Shown one piece after another: positions 36,817 to 47,033 of a DNA stretch of 64,000 nt (position 1 is its first letter; each line of letters starts with the position of its first letter). The DNA lies in NCBI GenBank assembly GCA_035629865.1, contig DASPHC010000055.1, positions 70,940-134,939 of the forward strand, written 5' to 3'. The notes under the pieces are model-generated. The model was not told where the DNA came from, did not search any database, and saw nothing but the letters and a program-made list of their open reading frames with translations. The stretch comes from Thermoanaerobaculia bacterium. GTDB taxonomy: Bacteria; Acidobacteriota; Thermoanaerobaculia; Gp7-AA8. A program made the translations under genes and the position numbers.

Positions 36817-38127
36817 TTGATGCTCCGGCAGATCCGCTGGCTGACACGTGTCGCAGGTGCGTTTCTCGCCGGCGCGGTGGTGCGCCTGAGCAGGCGGCTG
36901 CTGCGCCGGCCGCCGCGGATCTGGCACGGCTTCTCGCCTTTGCACGCCACATCCTGGATGGTCCAGGCGGAGCGGGCAGCGGGGTTTCCGAGCGCGTCGG
37001 TCACGATGAACACGCGCGCCGCCCGCTACGCGCTCGTTCGCCGCGAAGACTTCGACGTCGTCTTCGAGAACGAGACCGGACGTTGGGACGACATCCACTG
37101 GCTCACGCTTCTCCACCTGCTTCGCCACGGCGATATCTGGAACGCCTACTTCGACTGCCTCTTCTTCCCCACCCACGAACGGTGGAAGAACACCGCCGCG
37201 TTCCGGCTCATCCGGCTGGCTGGAATCCGGATCGTGGTCCAGCCTCACGGCAGCGACCTGCTGTACACCGGCAACGACCGGAGCCGGTATCACTGGACCG
37301 GACGGGCGCAGCTCGATTACCCCTCCTGGGATCTCGCCGCGCAACGAAAAGTAGTCGAAGCGCGGGTCGCGCTGTTCGGCCGTCATGCGGACTTCGTCCT
37401 CGCAGGGGACAGTCTGTACGAACAGTGGCTGCCGCGCTTCGACCTCACGTTCCATACCGTGCCGGTCGACACGAAGCTGCTCGTGCCGGCCGAAGCGCCG
37501 GCGCGCGCGCGGCCGGTGATCATTCACGCGCCCAACCACCGGCATACGAAGGGAACCAACGAACTGCTCGCGACCCTCGACCTGCTCGAGCGGCACGGCT
37601 TCCCATTCGAGCTGCGGCTGATCGAAGGCGTGCCACGTCACGAGGCGCTGATGTTGTACCGCGAGGCCGACATCATCGCCGATCAGTTCATCATGGGAGC
37701 GTTCGGCGTCTTTGCGCTGGAAGGGATGGCTCTCGGCAAGCCGGTACTGACCTATCTGGACGAGGAGCATCTGCGGCGTCCGGCGTTCCAGCATCCCCTG
37801 GTGAACACGACGCTGGAAAACATGGCCCAGGTGCTCGCGGCTCTGCACGCCGTGCCGGAGCTGCGGCGGCGGATCGGCGCCGCGGGTCGAGCCAGCGTCG
37901 AGCGCTATCAGTCCTTCGACGCGATCGGGAGTGTCTGGATGCGCATCTACCGGTACGTCTGGTGGAACGAACCGCTGCGTCTCGACGACCTGCCGATCTT
38001 CAGCAGCGACCGCAACCCTCGCTCGCTCTCCGAGAATCCTCGGGATGAGGGCTTCTGGCCGGTCGAAGTGGGGGACTTGATCGCTGAGATCCGTGAGGCG
38101 GCAGGCCGGCTCGACGGGGCCCGTTAG
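36817..38127 (+). CDS. GT-B fold glycosyltransferase (GT4-like)
   Basis: C-terminal donor-binding motif READIIADQFIMGAFGVFALEGMALGKPVL (EX7E-like). Confidence 0.6.
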   Translation: MMLRQIRWLTRVAGAFLAGAVVRLSRRLLRRPPRIWHGFSPLHATSWMVQAERAAGFPSASVTMNTRAARYALVRREDFDVVFENETGRWDDIHWLTLLHLLRHGDIWNAYFDCLFFPTHERWKNTAAFRLIRLAGIRIVVQPHGSDLLYTGNDRSRYHWTGRAQLDYPSWDLAAQRKVVEARVALFGRHADFVLAGDSLYEQWLPRFDLTFHTVPVDTKLLVPAEAPARARPVIIHAPNHRHTKGTNELLATLDLLERHGFPFELRLIEGVPRHEALMLYREADIIADQFIMGAFGVFALEGMALGKPVLTYLDEEHLRRPAFQHPLVNTTLENMAQVLAALHAVPELRRRIGAAGRASVERYQSFDAIGSVWMRIYRYVWWNEPLRLDDLPIFSSDRNPRSLSENPRDEGFWPVEVGDLIAEIREAAGRLDGAR

Positions 38128-38167
38128 TCCTGCAGGCCGGTCAGTCCGATCAGTCTTGGGTTCCGGG

Positions 38168-38212
38168 AGAAAAAGAAAAAGGGCGCCGTTTCACGGGCGC
38201 CCTTCCGGGGTG
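38168..38212 (+). terminator. Putative hairpin terminator after the glycan cluster
   Basis: AAGGGCGCC-GTTTCACG-GGCGCCCTT perfect 9-bp stem; weak U-tract, so intrinsic termination efficiency is uncertain. Confidence 0.35.
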
Positions 38213-38595
38213 GAGCATCACCTCGCAGTTTTCAGCTACGAAGCAACCCCCTCAGGTGTATTGGAACAATGCATGTGGAATCTAGTACCTCCTCCCCATG
38301 AATTTCCGGCGGACCCACAACCAGCGTCACCTCACGTGCGATGACCCACCTCGCCATGCTGCGGACCGGATCGACCGCTCACACACCCCGCGGTGGAGGG
38401 GAGGAGCGGGAACCTTTAACTTTTTAAAAGAGCATGCGACCAAATGCCGCACTCACTCGTAGTGGTTAGGAAAACAGCTCACGCCGGGTTTTCTTCCCCC
38501 GCGCCCGTCCCCTTCCACTCCGTTGCATGGCGAACATGATACGGTTTCCACAGGTAATCGCAATCAAAAATTCGCACGATATTCCTGCTTCAATC

Positions 38596-38632
38596 GACAT
38601 GCCGGACGCACACGTTCGTGTGCTAAACTCAT
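38596..38632 (+). promoter_or_regulatory. Possible sigma70-type promoter for the cupredoxin / sensor-kinase genes
   Basis: TCGACA - 17 bp - TGcTAAACT (extended -10 like), ~20 bp upstream of RBS GGAGA and the ATG at 38653. Confidence 0.25.
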
Positions 38633-38652
38633 CGTCCCCCGGAGACCCTCTC

Positions 38653-39315
38653 ATGAAACGTTTCCTCCTCGTTGCAGGTGTCTGCGCGCTGCTCGCCCCG
38701 GCCCTCGATGCGGCCGTAGTCAACGGTAAGGTGATGTTCCTCACCAAGCGCGGTCAGAAGCCGGTCGCCAACGAGACCCTGGTGTGGCTCGACACCGCCG
38801 GCAAGGCCCCGAAGAAGCCGGCCGCGACGTTCACCATGACCACCCGCAGCAAGACCCTCCTCCCGCACGTCCTCGCCGTCCCCGCCGGCTCGACCGTCAC
38901 CTTTCCGAACGACGACCCCATCACCCACAACCTCTTCTCCCTCACCCCCGGCAATACCTTCGACCTCGGCCTCTACCGCAAAGGGTCCGGCAAGACCCAC
39001 AAGTTCGAAGCTCCCGGCATCGTCAGCGTCTACTGCAATATCCACCCGAACATGTCGGCGCTGGTGCACGTGATGGCGACCCCCTACTATGGTTTTGCCG
39101 ACGCGAACGGCAATTACTCGTTCGACGTCCCCGCGGGGAAGTATCGTGTCACCGCCTGGAACGAGCAGGGAGGGACGGCCACCTCGGAGATCGACGTGCA
39201 GGGGGACGGGAAGGTGGCCGGCGTCACGCTGCTCACCATCGACGGACGGAACTTCCGGGCCGTGCAGCACAAGAACAAGACCGGCCAGGCCTACAAGCCG
39301 CCGCGCGACTACTGA
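38653..39315 (+). CDS. Secreted type-1 (blue) copper cupredoxin-like protein with C-terminal carboxypeptidase-regulatory-like beta-sandwich
   Basis: Signal peptide MKRFLLVAGVCALLAPALDA. Candidate Cu ligands H (ITHNLFS) and C-x2-H-x2-M (VYCNIHPNM). C-terminal YYGFADANGNYSFDVPAGKYRVTAWN. Confidence 0.55.
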   Translation: MKRFLLVAGVCALLAPALDAAVVNGKVMFLTKRGQKPVANETLVWLDTAGKAPKKPAATFTMTTRSKTLLPHVLAVPAGSTVTFPNDDPITHNLFSLTPGNTFDLGLYRKGSGKTHKFEAPGIVSVYCNIHPNMSALVHVMATPYYGFADANGNYSFDVPAGKYRVTAWNEQGGTATSEIDVQGDGKVAGVTLLTIDGRNFRAVQHKNKTGQAYKPPRDY

Positions 39316-39367
39316 ACCGGACAGGCCCGAGGGCTGAGAGTCGCGGCTACGAGGAGTTGGAGCACAC

Positions 39368-42163
39368 ATGACTGCGCAGACGCTCGACAGGGCGACGGTC
39401 TCGGATCAGGAGCTTCCGCAGAAGAAGGAGTACACCGTCGAGCGAGCCCGCGTGCCGCTCGTCCTCAAACTGTTCGGCCTCACGGCGCTCCTGATCGCCG
39501 CCGTCGTCGCCACCGCCGTCGGGATCACCCTCCGGCGCGCGAACACGATTGCCGGCGAGACCGTCAACGCCTCGATCACCAGCGCGGCCAAGCTGTTCCA
39601 CGAACTGGAAGAGCAGCGGCTGAAACGCCTCGAGCTCCCGGCCGCGCTCCTCGGCAATGACCCCTACTTCACGGCTGCCATCGAAGAGAGTCTCACCGGC
39701 GGGGCCGCCGCCGCGCCGGTCACCGATCCCGCAGCGCCTCCCATTGCCGTAACCGACCCGGCGGCAGCGCCCGTGACGCCGCCCGCCCCCGTGGCGATCG
39801 ATTTCGCCAGCATCACCGACCAGCTCGAGCAGCGGCGCGACGCCTTCGGCACCGACCTGCTCATGCTGCTCGACGACCAGGGGCGGCTCATCCACCGCAC
39901 CGACAAGCCGGCCACCGCGACGCCCGCGATGACCGACTTCTACGAGCAGTCGGTCATCGTCAAGCGCCTCATCGAAGAGAGCCTGTCGACGTCGTCGGGA
40001 GTATTCCTGCTCGATGGACAGCTCTATCACGCAGCGGTCGCGCCGATCGGAATCGGCACGCCGCGCAAGATCGTGGGCCATCTCGTCAACGCCGTCGCGA
40101 TCGACGAGGCCTTTGCCAACAGCATCGCCGAGTCGACCAAGGCGGGGGTCATGTTCACCGGGGCCGGCGCGCAGGCCGTCCGCTCCGCCAACGCCCCCAG
40201 CGTCATGCCGAAGGCGGTCACGCCGGGGCGCACCGAGACCGCCACGGTCGACAACAGCCGCTACATCCTCACCGGCGAGCCGCTCCGGGCGGGTACCCAG
40301 ACCCTCGGCACGGCCATCTTCCTCCGTTCCCTCGACCGCGAGCTTGCGCCGTTCCGCCAGATCAACAACACCCTTCTCATGGGCGGCGGCCTGGCCCTGC
40401 TGCTGGCGTTCCTCCTCTCCTGGCTCATCGCCAAACGCCTCACCCGTCCGATCGAGCAGCTGGCCGTAGTGGCGCAGGCGGTGACGAACGGCGACTACAG
40501 CGTCAGTCCCGACGTCACCCGCAACGATGAGGTGGGGATTCTCGGCCGGTCGTTCGGCAAGATGATCACCTCACTCCGCGACAAGGTGGAGCTCGAGGAG
40601 CTCTACTCCCAGATGGCCGACCGTGCCGACGAAGCGCCCGCCGCGGCGACCCGCGTCGTCGAGCCGGCGAAGCTGGACGAGGGGACCGTGCTCGTCACCG
40701 ACCTCCGCGGCCTTCCCGCCACCGTCGGCGAGGGCGACGCCGCCTCGGTGATCGCGATCGTCGAGCGGGCCATGCAGATGCAGCAGCGCGAAGTGGCGCG
40801 GCAGGACGGCGAGGTCCGCGAGATCAACGGCCATCGCCTCGTCTCTGTCTTCCGAGGAGAGCGCGGGATCATCCACGCCATCCGGGCCGCGCGGGCCATC
40901 AACGAAGAACTGGCGACGCAGACCGGCGGCGGGACGCCGATGGCCCTCGCCGTCGGCATCGCCACCGGCGAGTTCGTCACCGGCTCCGTCACCGTCGAAG
41001 GGGAGAGCGGCGTCGCCATCGTCGGCAACGCCCCGCTCCTGGCACTGCTCTTCGCCTGGCACGCACCGACCGGCTACGCCTACGTCTCCTACGAGACCGC
41101 GCAGGCGGCCGGCGGCGAGATCCTCAGCTCCTCCCAGCGCGAAGAAGTGCGGCTCAAGTGGCTGCCGAATCCGCTCCCTGTGGCCTCGCTCCCTCTCGTG
41201 AGCGTGACCACCGGCATGATGCGCTCCATCGGGGCGAACACGGCGTCGATGGCGACGCTGCGGATGGACAGCAGCACCGCCGCCGGGATCACCGCCCCCG
41301 GCTCGCCGCACCAGGACCTGATCCTCGGCCATTTCTTCGCCAACCGCTACCGGATCGAGCAGATCCTCGGCCGCGGCGGCATGGGGGTGGTCTACAAGGC
41401 CACCGACACGCAGCTCGACGAGATCGTGGCCATCAAGACCCTCCCGGGCGACGTCATGACGCGCTCCCCTGAGGACCTGGAACGGTTCAAACGGGAGATC
41501 CGCCTGGCGCGCAAGATCACCCACCGCAACGTCCTCCGGACGTACGACTACGGCGAGGCCGAAGGGGTGTACTTCATCAGCATGGAGTTCGTGCGCGGCT
41601 ACACCCTCTCCGAGCTCCTCGACGAGGCGCCGCAGCGCCAGATGGCCGCCCGCCCGTCCGCCGGCGTCACCCGCCAGATCTGCCGCGGCCTCCAGGCCGC
41701 CCACGAGCAGGGGATCATCCACCGCGACATCAAGCCGCAGAATGTCCTCATCGACGCCAAGGGCGAGGTCAAGCTGATGGACTTCGGCATCGCCCGCATG
41801 GCCGAGACGCCCGAGAACATGACCCAGGCGGGCCTCATCATCGGCACCCCGCACTACATGAGCCCCGAGCAGGTCCAGGGCAAACAGCTCGACGCCCGCA
41901 GCGACGTCTACTCGATGGGCGTGATGATCTACGAAATGCTCGTCGGCCAACGCCCGTTCGAATCGACCTCCCTCATGGGAGTCCTCACCGCCCACGTGAC
42001 CGAAAAGCCGAAGCCGGCCATCGAGCTCCGGCCGGACATCGGCAAAGAGGTGAACACGATCGTCATGCGCTGCCTGGCCAAGGACCCGGCGGCAAGGTAC
42101 GCGAACGCCGGGGAGTTGCTCGCGGAACTGGAGAGCGTGCAGGTCCTGAGCGCAGCGGCGTAG
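39368..42163 (+). CDS. Membrane sensor: periplasmic sensor domain, HAMP, degenerate class-III nucleotidyl cyclase homology domain, C-terminal Ser/Thr protein kinase
   Basis: TM at aa ~30-55, second TM then HAMP (IAKRLTRPIEQLAVVAQAVTNGDYS). CHD-like GTVLVTDLRGLPATV...LAVGIATGEFVTGSV lacks the second metal-binding Asp (INGHRL instead of IGDAxM). Kinase motifs LGRGGMGVVYKA, AIKTL, HRDIKPQNVLI, DFGIA, SPEQ. Confidence 0.8.
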   Translation: MTAQTLDRATVSDQELPQKKEYTVERARVPLVLKLFGLTALLIAAVVATAVGITLRRANTIAGETVNASITSAAKLFHELEEQRLKRLELPAALLGNDPYFTAAIEESLTGGAAAAPVTDPAAPPIAVTDPAAAPVTPPAPVAIDFASITDQLEQRRDAFGTDLLMLLDDQGRLIHRTDKPATATPAMTDFYEQSVIVKRLIEESLSTSSGVFLLDGQLYHAAVAPIGIGTPRKIVGHLVNAVAIDEAFANSIAESTKAGVMFTGAGAQAVRSANAPSVMPKAVTPGRTETATVDNSRYILTGEPLRAGTQTLGTAIFLRSLDRELAPFRQINNTLLMGGGLALLLAFLLSWLIAKRLTRPIEQLAVVAQAVTNGDYSVSPDVTRNDEVGILGRSFGKMITSLRDKVELEELYSQMADRADEAPAAATRVVEPAKLDEGTVLVTDLRGLPATVGEGDAASVIAIVERAMQMQQREVARQDGEVREINGHRLVSVFRGERGIIHAIRAARAINEELATQTGGGTPMALAVGIATGEFVTGSVTVEGESGVAIVGNAPLLALLFAWHAPTGYAYVSYETAQAAGGEILSSSQREEVRLKWLPNPLPVASLPLVSVTTGMMRSIGANTASMATLRMDSSTAAGITAPGSPHQDLILGHFFANRYRIEQILGRGGMGVVYKATDTQLDEIVAIKTLPGDVMTRSPEDLERFKREIRLARKITHRNVLRTYDYGEAEGVYFISMEFVRGYTLSELLDEAPQRQMAARPSAGVTRQICRGLQAAHEQGIIHRDIKPQNVLIDAKGEVKLMDFGIARMAETPENMTQAGLIIGTPHYMSPEQVQGKQLDARSDVYSMGVMIYEMLVGQRPFESTSLMGVLTAHVTEKPKPAIELRPDIGKEVNTIVMRCLAKDPAARYANAGELLAELESVQVLSAAA

Positions 42164-42174
42164 CGCGTCAACGC

Positions 42175-42335
42175 ACAGGGGACGACCGGGAGGCCTCCGG
42201 CGGGCGGGCACGGCCCGCGGCGTTTGTTTTCGCATGGACCGCGTTTCGTGCGAGACGCGTGCGTTCAGCCTTGGGCGACAAACGCCGCGGGCCGTGCCCG
42301 CCCGCCGGAGGCCCCCGTCGTCTCCTGTGCCGGTG
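42175..42335. repeat. ~150-bp imperfect palindrome (GACGACCGGGAGGCCTCCGGCGGGCGGGCACGGCCCGCGGCGTTTGT ... inverted partner) between convergent gene ends; possible bidirectional terminator / MITE. Second copy at 55055-55205.
   Basis: Arm 42178-42225 is the reverse complement of 42283-42330; the same element recurs at 55058-55200. Confidence 0.75.
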
Positions 42336-42340
42336 ACGCG

Positions 42341-43024
42341 TCAGTCCCAGAGGTTCTCGAGGACGCTCGCGCGCACGTACAGCCGGCCGAGCGTCAACGC
42401 ATCCTCTTCATCATCCGCGGCAAACGTGAGCTTCTTTAGCTTCACGATCGCCACTTTCCGGAAACGGCGGAAGTTCACCTCGACGTAGATCGGGGTGCCG
42501 GGAAGCTTGTCCGCCACCGCGGCAGTCCCGGGAGCGACGCCGCCGATGACGCGGTTGACGAGCGTCCGGAGCTGCTGGTTCTGTGGGATGACGTCGGTCG
42601 TCCAGACATCGATCCAGGCCGTCTTGCCATACAGGAGCCGGTGCCGCGTCGCCGCGATACCCTTGACCGTCCCCTTCATCGTCGGCCCGAGACGCGGGCG
42701 CGTGCGCCGCTCGGCCGTCGTCTTGCCGCCCGACAGCTTCGTCAGGATCGACGGAATCTCCGCCGTCTGCACGTCCACGTACATCCGGCCGAGCGGATTC
42801 ACCACCGTCACCGCCGGAGCGCCGGTGCGGCTGAAACCGTGCAGCCAGAGCGCCTCGCCGCGGACCCCGCCGGCGTAGACGTGCAGGTCCACCGTCCCGA
42901 ACCGGCCGAGATAGGGGAACACCGCCTGCGGCGTCGCCTCCAGCTCGAGGTGATACGGACGGGCGGGAGCGGCAAAGAGAGGAAGCGCAACCAGCAACAC
43001 TGCAAGGAAAACCAGACGGATCAT
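42341..43024 (-). CDS. Secreted hypothetical protein
   Basis: Signal peptide MIRLVFLAVLLVALPLFAAPA; no known motif recognised. Confidence 0.45.
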   Translation of the reverse strand: MIRLVFLAVLLVALPLFAAPARPYHLELEATPQAVFPYLGRFGTVDLHVYAGGVRGEALWLHGFSRTGAPAVTVVNPLGRMYVDVQTAEIPSILTKLSGGKTTAERRTRPRLGPTMKGTVKGIAATRHRLLYGKTAWIDVWTTDVIPQNQQLRTLVNRVIGGVAPGTAAVADKLPGTPIYVEVNFRRFRKVAIVKLKKLTFAADDEEDALTLGRLYVRASVLENLWD

Positions 43025-43054
43025 CGAGCCCGGAAAACGAGCATCCGCCGCACC

Positions 43055-44479
43055 TTAATTTCCCGGCGCCTTCGGCGGTCCCGGCGGGATGTACGGCTTG
43101 TACGCGATCCCCTCGGTGCTCTTCGCAAACTCCTGCCGGATTGCATCCACCAGCTTCGGATCGCGGTACAGATCCACCATCGTCGCCGCCAGCGCCTTCG
43201 ACGCCCAGACCATCCCCTTGTGCCCGATCGACATCCCGCCGCAGGCGACCACCGGCCAGCCATGCCACGGCGCGCCGAGAGGAGCGGTCGTGACCGAAAG
43301 ATGGATCGTCGGGATGTTCCAGCTCACATCCGCGACATCCGTCGAGCCCCCCTCCGGCGGCCCCGGCTTCGCCTCGAACTCCTTCACATTCGCCATCAGC
43401 CCCTTCGGATCGACCCCGGTCTCCTTCTGGATCGTCTTCGCGAACTCCTGCTCCTCCGCCGTGAACGCCAGCGGCCCAAGCCAGTTCATGTTCTCCCACG
43501 CCGCCCGCTGGCCGGTCATGTTGACCAGCATGTTCCAGTCGCCCCCCTGCACCGTCAGCGTCGCTTCCACGTCCGCCGCCAGCCCGGCCCCCTGCGTAAT
43601 CTGCCGCATCCGCCCCAGCAGCCGGTCCACCTCCGCGCGCTCATTGTCGCGAAGCCAGATCCAGACCTTCGCATAATCGGGAACGACATTCGGCACATTG
43701 CCCGCCTCGAGAATCGCGTAGTGCATGCGCGACGTGGGACGGATGTGCTCCCGCATCAGATTCACCGCGTGCGTAAACACCTCCAGCCCATCCACCGCGC
43801 TCTTCCCGTTCCACGGATCGAACGCCGCATGGGCCGACCGCCCCCGGAACTCGACGACTAGGTCCACCAGCGCCTGCGAGCTCTTCGTATCCGACTGCGT
43901 CTCATCGCTCGGATGCCACGCCAGCATCACATCCACCCCGTCGAAGACGCCGTCGCGCATCATGTAAATCTTCCCGCCCACCGCCTCCTCCGCCGGCGTC
44001 CCGAAAAACTTGACCGTCCCCTTCAGCTTTCCTGCCGCGATCAGATCCTTCACCGCCATCGCCGCGCCGAGGGAACCGACGCCGAATAGATTGTGCCCGC
44101 AGCCGTGGCCTGGAGCCCCGGCGAGAAGTGGATCCTTCGTCGGCTGCGCTTTCTGCGAGATGCCGGGAAGAGCGTCGTACTCACCCATGATCCCGATCAC
44201 CGGCTTGCCGGTGCCGAACTCCGCGACGAAGGCCGTCGGCATGTTTGCTACGCCGCGAGTGACCTTGAAGCCCTGCTTCTCCGCGTAATCCGCGAGTGCC
44301 TTGGAGGACTGCGTCTCCTTGAGCGCCGTCTCGGCGTAGCGCCAGACTTCGTCGGAGAGCATCGTCATCTCCGACGCATGGCTCTCGATGGTGGCCGCGG
44401 CAGCTTTCTTGTCGTCCGCGAACTTGACGTCGGCGAGGAGGGGAGTGGTGAGCAGGAGGAGGCAAAGCAGCTTGCGCAT
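43055..44479 (-). CDS. M20 family peptidase / amidohydrolase (AbgB-like aminobenzoyl-glutamate hydrolase family), secreted
   Basis: Signal peptide MRKLLCLLLLTTPLLA. M20 metal-binding regions GHGCGHNLFG, FFGTPAEE, and the dimerisation domain. Start chosen at the internal Met preceding the signal peptide. Confidence 0.75.
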   Translation of the reverse strand: MRKLLCLLLLTTPLLADVKFADDKKAAAATIESHASEMTMLSDEVWRYAETALKETQSSKALADYAEKQGFKVTRGVANMPTAFVAEFGTGKPVIGIMGEYDALPGISQKAQPTKDPLLAGAPGHGCGHNLFGVGSLGAAMAVKDLIAAGKLKGTVKFFGTPAEEAVGGKIYMMRDGVFDGVDVMLAWHPSDETQSDTKSSQALVDLVVEFRGRSAHAAFDPWNGKSAVDGLEVFTHAVNLMREHIRPTSRMHYAILEAGNVPNVVPDYAKVWIWLRDNERAEVDRLLGRMRQITQGAGLAADVEATLTVQGGDWNMLVNMTGQRAAWENMNWLGPLAFTAEEQEFAKTIQKETGVDPKGLMANVKEFEAKPGPPEGGSTDVADVSWNIPTIHLSVTTAPLGAPWHGWPVVACGGMSIGHKGMVWASKALAATMVDLYRDPKLVDAIRQEFAKSTEGIAYKPYIPPGPPKAPGN

Positions 44480-44644
44480 GAGCGTGGGATGGTAGCAAAG
44501 GGGCCTTGTGGAGGGCCGACCGAAGGTCGGCGCTCCGTCACGCGTCCCTTCGGGACGACACGCCTCCCGTACCACCCCCGCGTCGGCCAATCCGGCGACC
44601 TCCAGGTCAGCCGCGGAGCGGCGAAAGAACGTGCGTCCGAGGAT

Positions 44645-44830
44645 TCCTCCCCACCCTTACGGCGAGACGCCGTCCGCCGGCGAGACGCCGCCGGACCAGC
44701 CCGCGCGACGCGGGCGCTCCCGGCGCGGACGCACCATTCGCGCTGACGGTCGTCCATGCGTGGAGCGCCGACGTCGCGTCGGCTGGCCCGACGGCGTCCC
44801 GCCGGCGGACGGCGTCTCGCCGTAAGGGGA
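44645..44830. repeat. Second, shorter copy of the CCTTACGGCGAGACGCC-TIR MITE-like element
   Basis: ccttacggcgagacgccgtccgccggc ... gccggcggacggcgtctcgccgtaagg. It is followed by a GGTTAAGGTTA x3 microsatellite at 44840-44875. Confidence 0.75.
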
Positions 44831-44982
44831 GGGGCCTTCGCCCGTTAGGTTAAGGTTAGGTTAAGGTTAGCGCCGCTCCTCAGCATCCCGATCAGGCTGT
44901 CCTTCCGGCCGCCCATTTTCGCGCGCGGAGTAGAGCGCGACCAAGTAGTGTGGTTACGCGTCCCTTCGGGACGCGCCACGGG

Positions 44983-45016
44983 CAAACAAAAAAGGCGACC
45001 CTTGCGGGTCGCCTTT
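44983..45016 (-). terminator. Rho-independent terminator of rpoD
   Basis: Minus-strand GGCGACCC-GCAA-GGGTCGCC followed by TTTTTTGTTTG, 25 bp downstream of the rpoD stop. Confidence 0.8.
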
Positions 45017-45039
45017 TCACGGTTGCAGAGAGTTAAGTC

Positions 45040-46878
<1,839 letters not shown>

Positions 46879-47033
46879 GTCTTTGCTCCTCGCAATGGGC
46901 AGCTTCGTAGAGTCGCCCTGTCGGCACTTGGGGCCCCCGAACGAGGCCTTGGCGGGAGCGTCAAACTTTCAGGTTGACAAACCGGCCAAAGTATCGTCCT
47001 CAGGACGCACGTGTAATCTAATGGGGACGATTA

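Noticed and set aside
38130-38650. 520-bp intergenic region searched for a sigma54 promoter (TGGCAC-N5-TTGC) or a small RNA
   Set aside because: No convincing -24/-12 element found. Only a weak sigma70-like candidate is reported, and no conserved structured-RNA hallmark was recognised.
40571-43861. Long ORFs 40571..42235(-), 42411..43499(-) and 42641..43861(+)
   Set aside because: They overlap the sensor kinase and M20 peptidase genes in alternative frames; low-complexity Arg/Gly-rich products.
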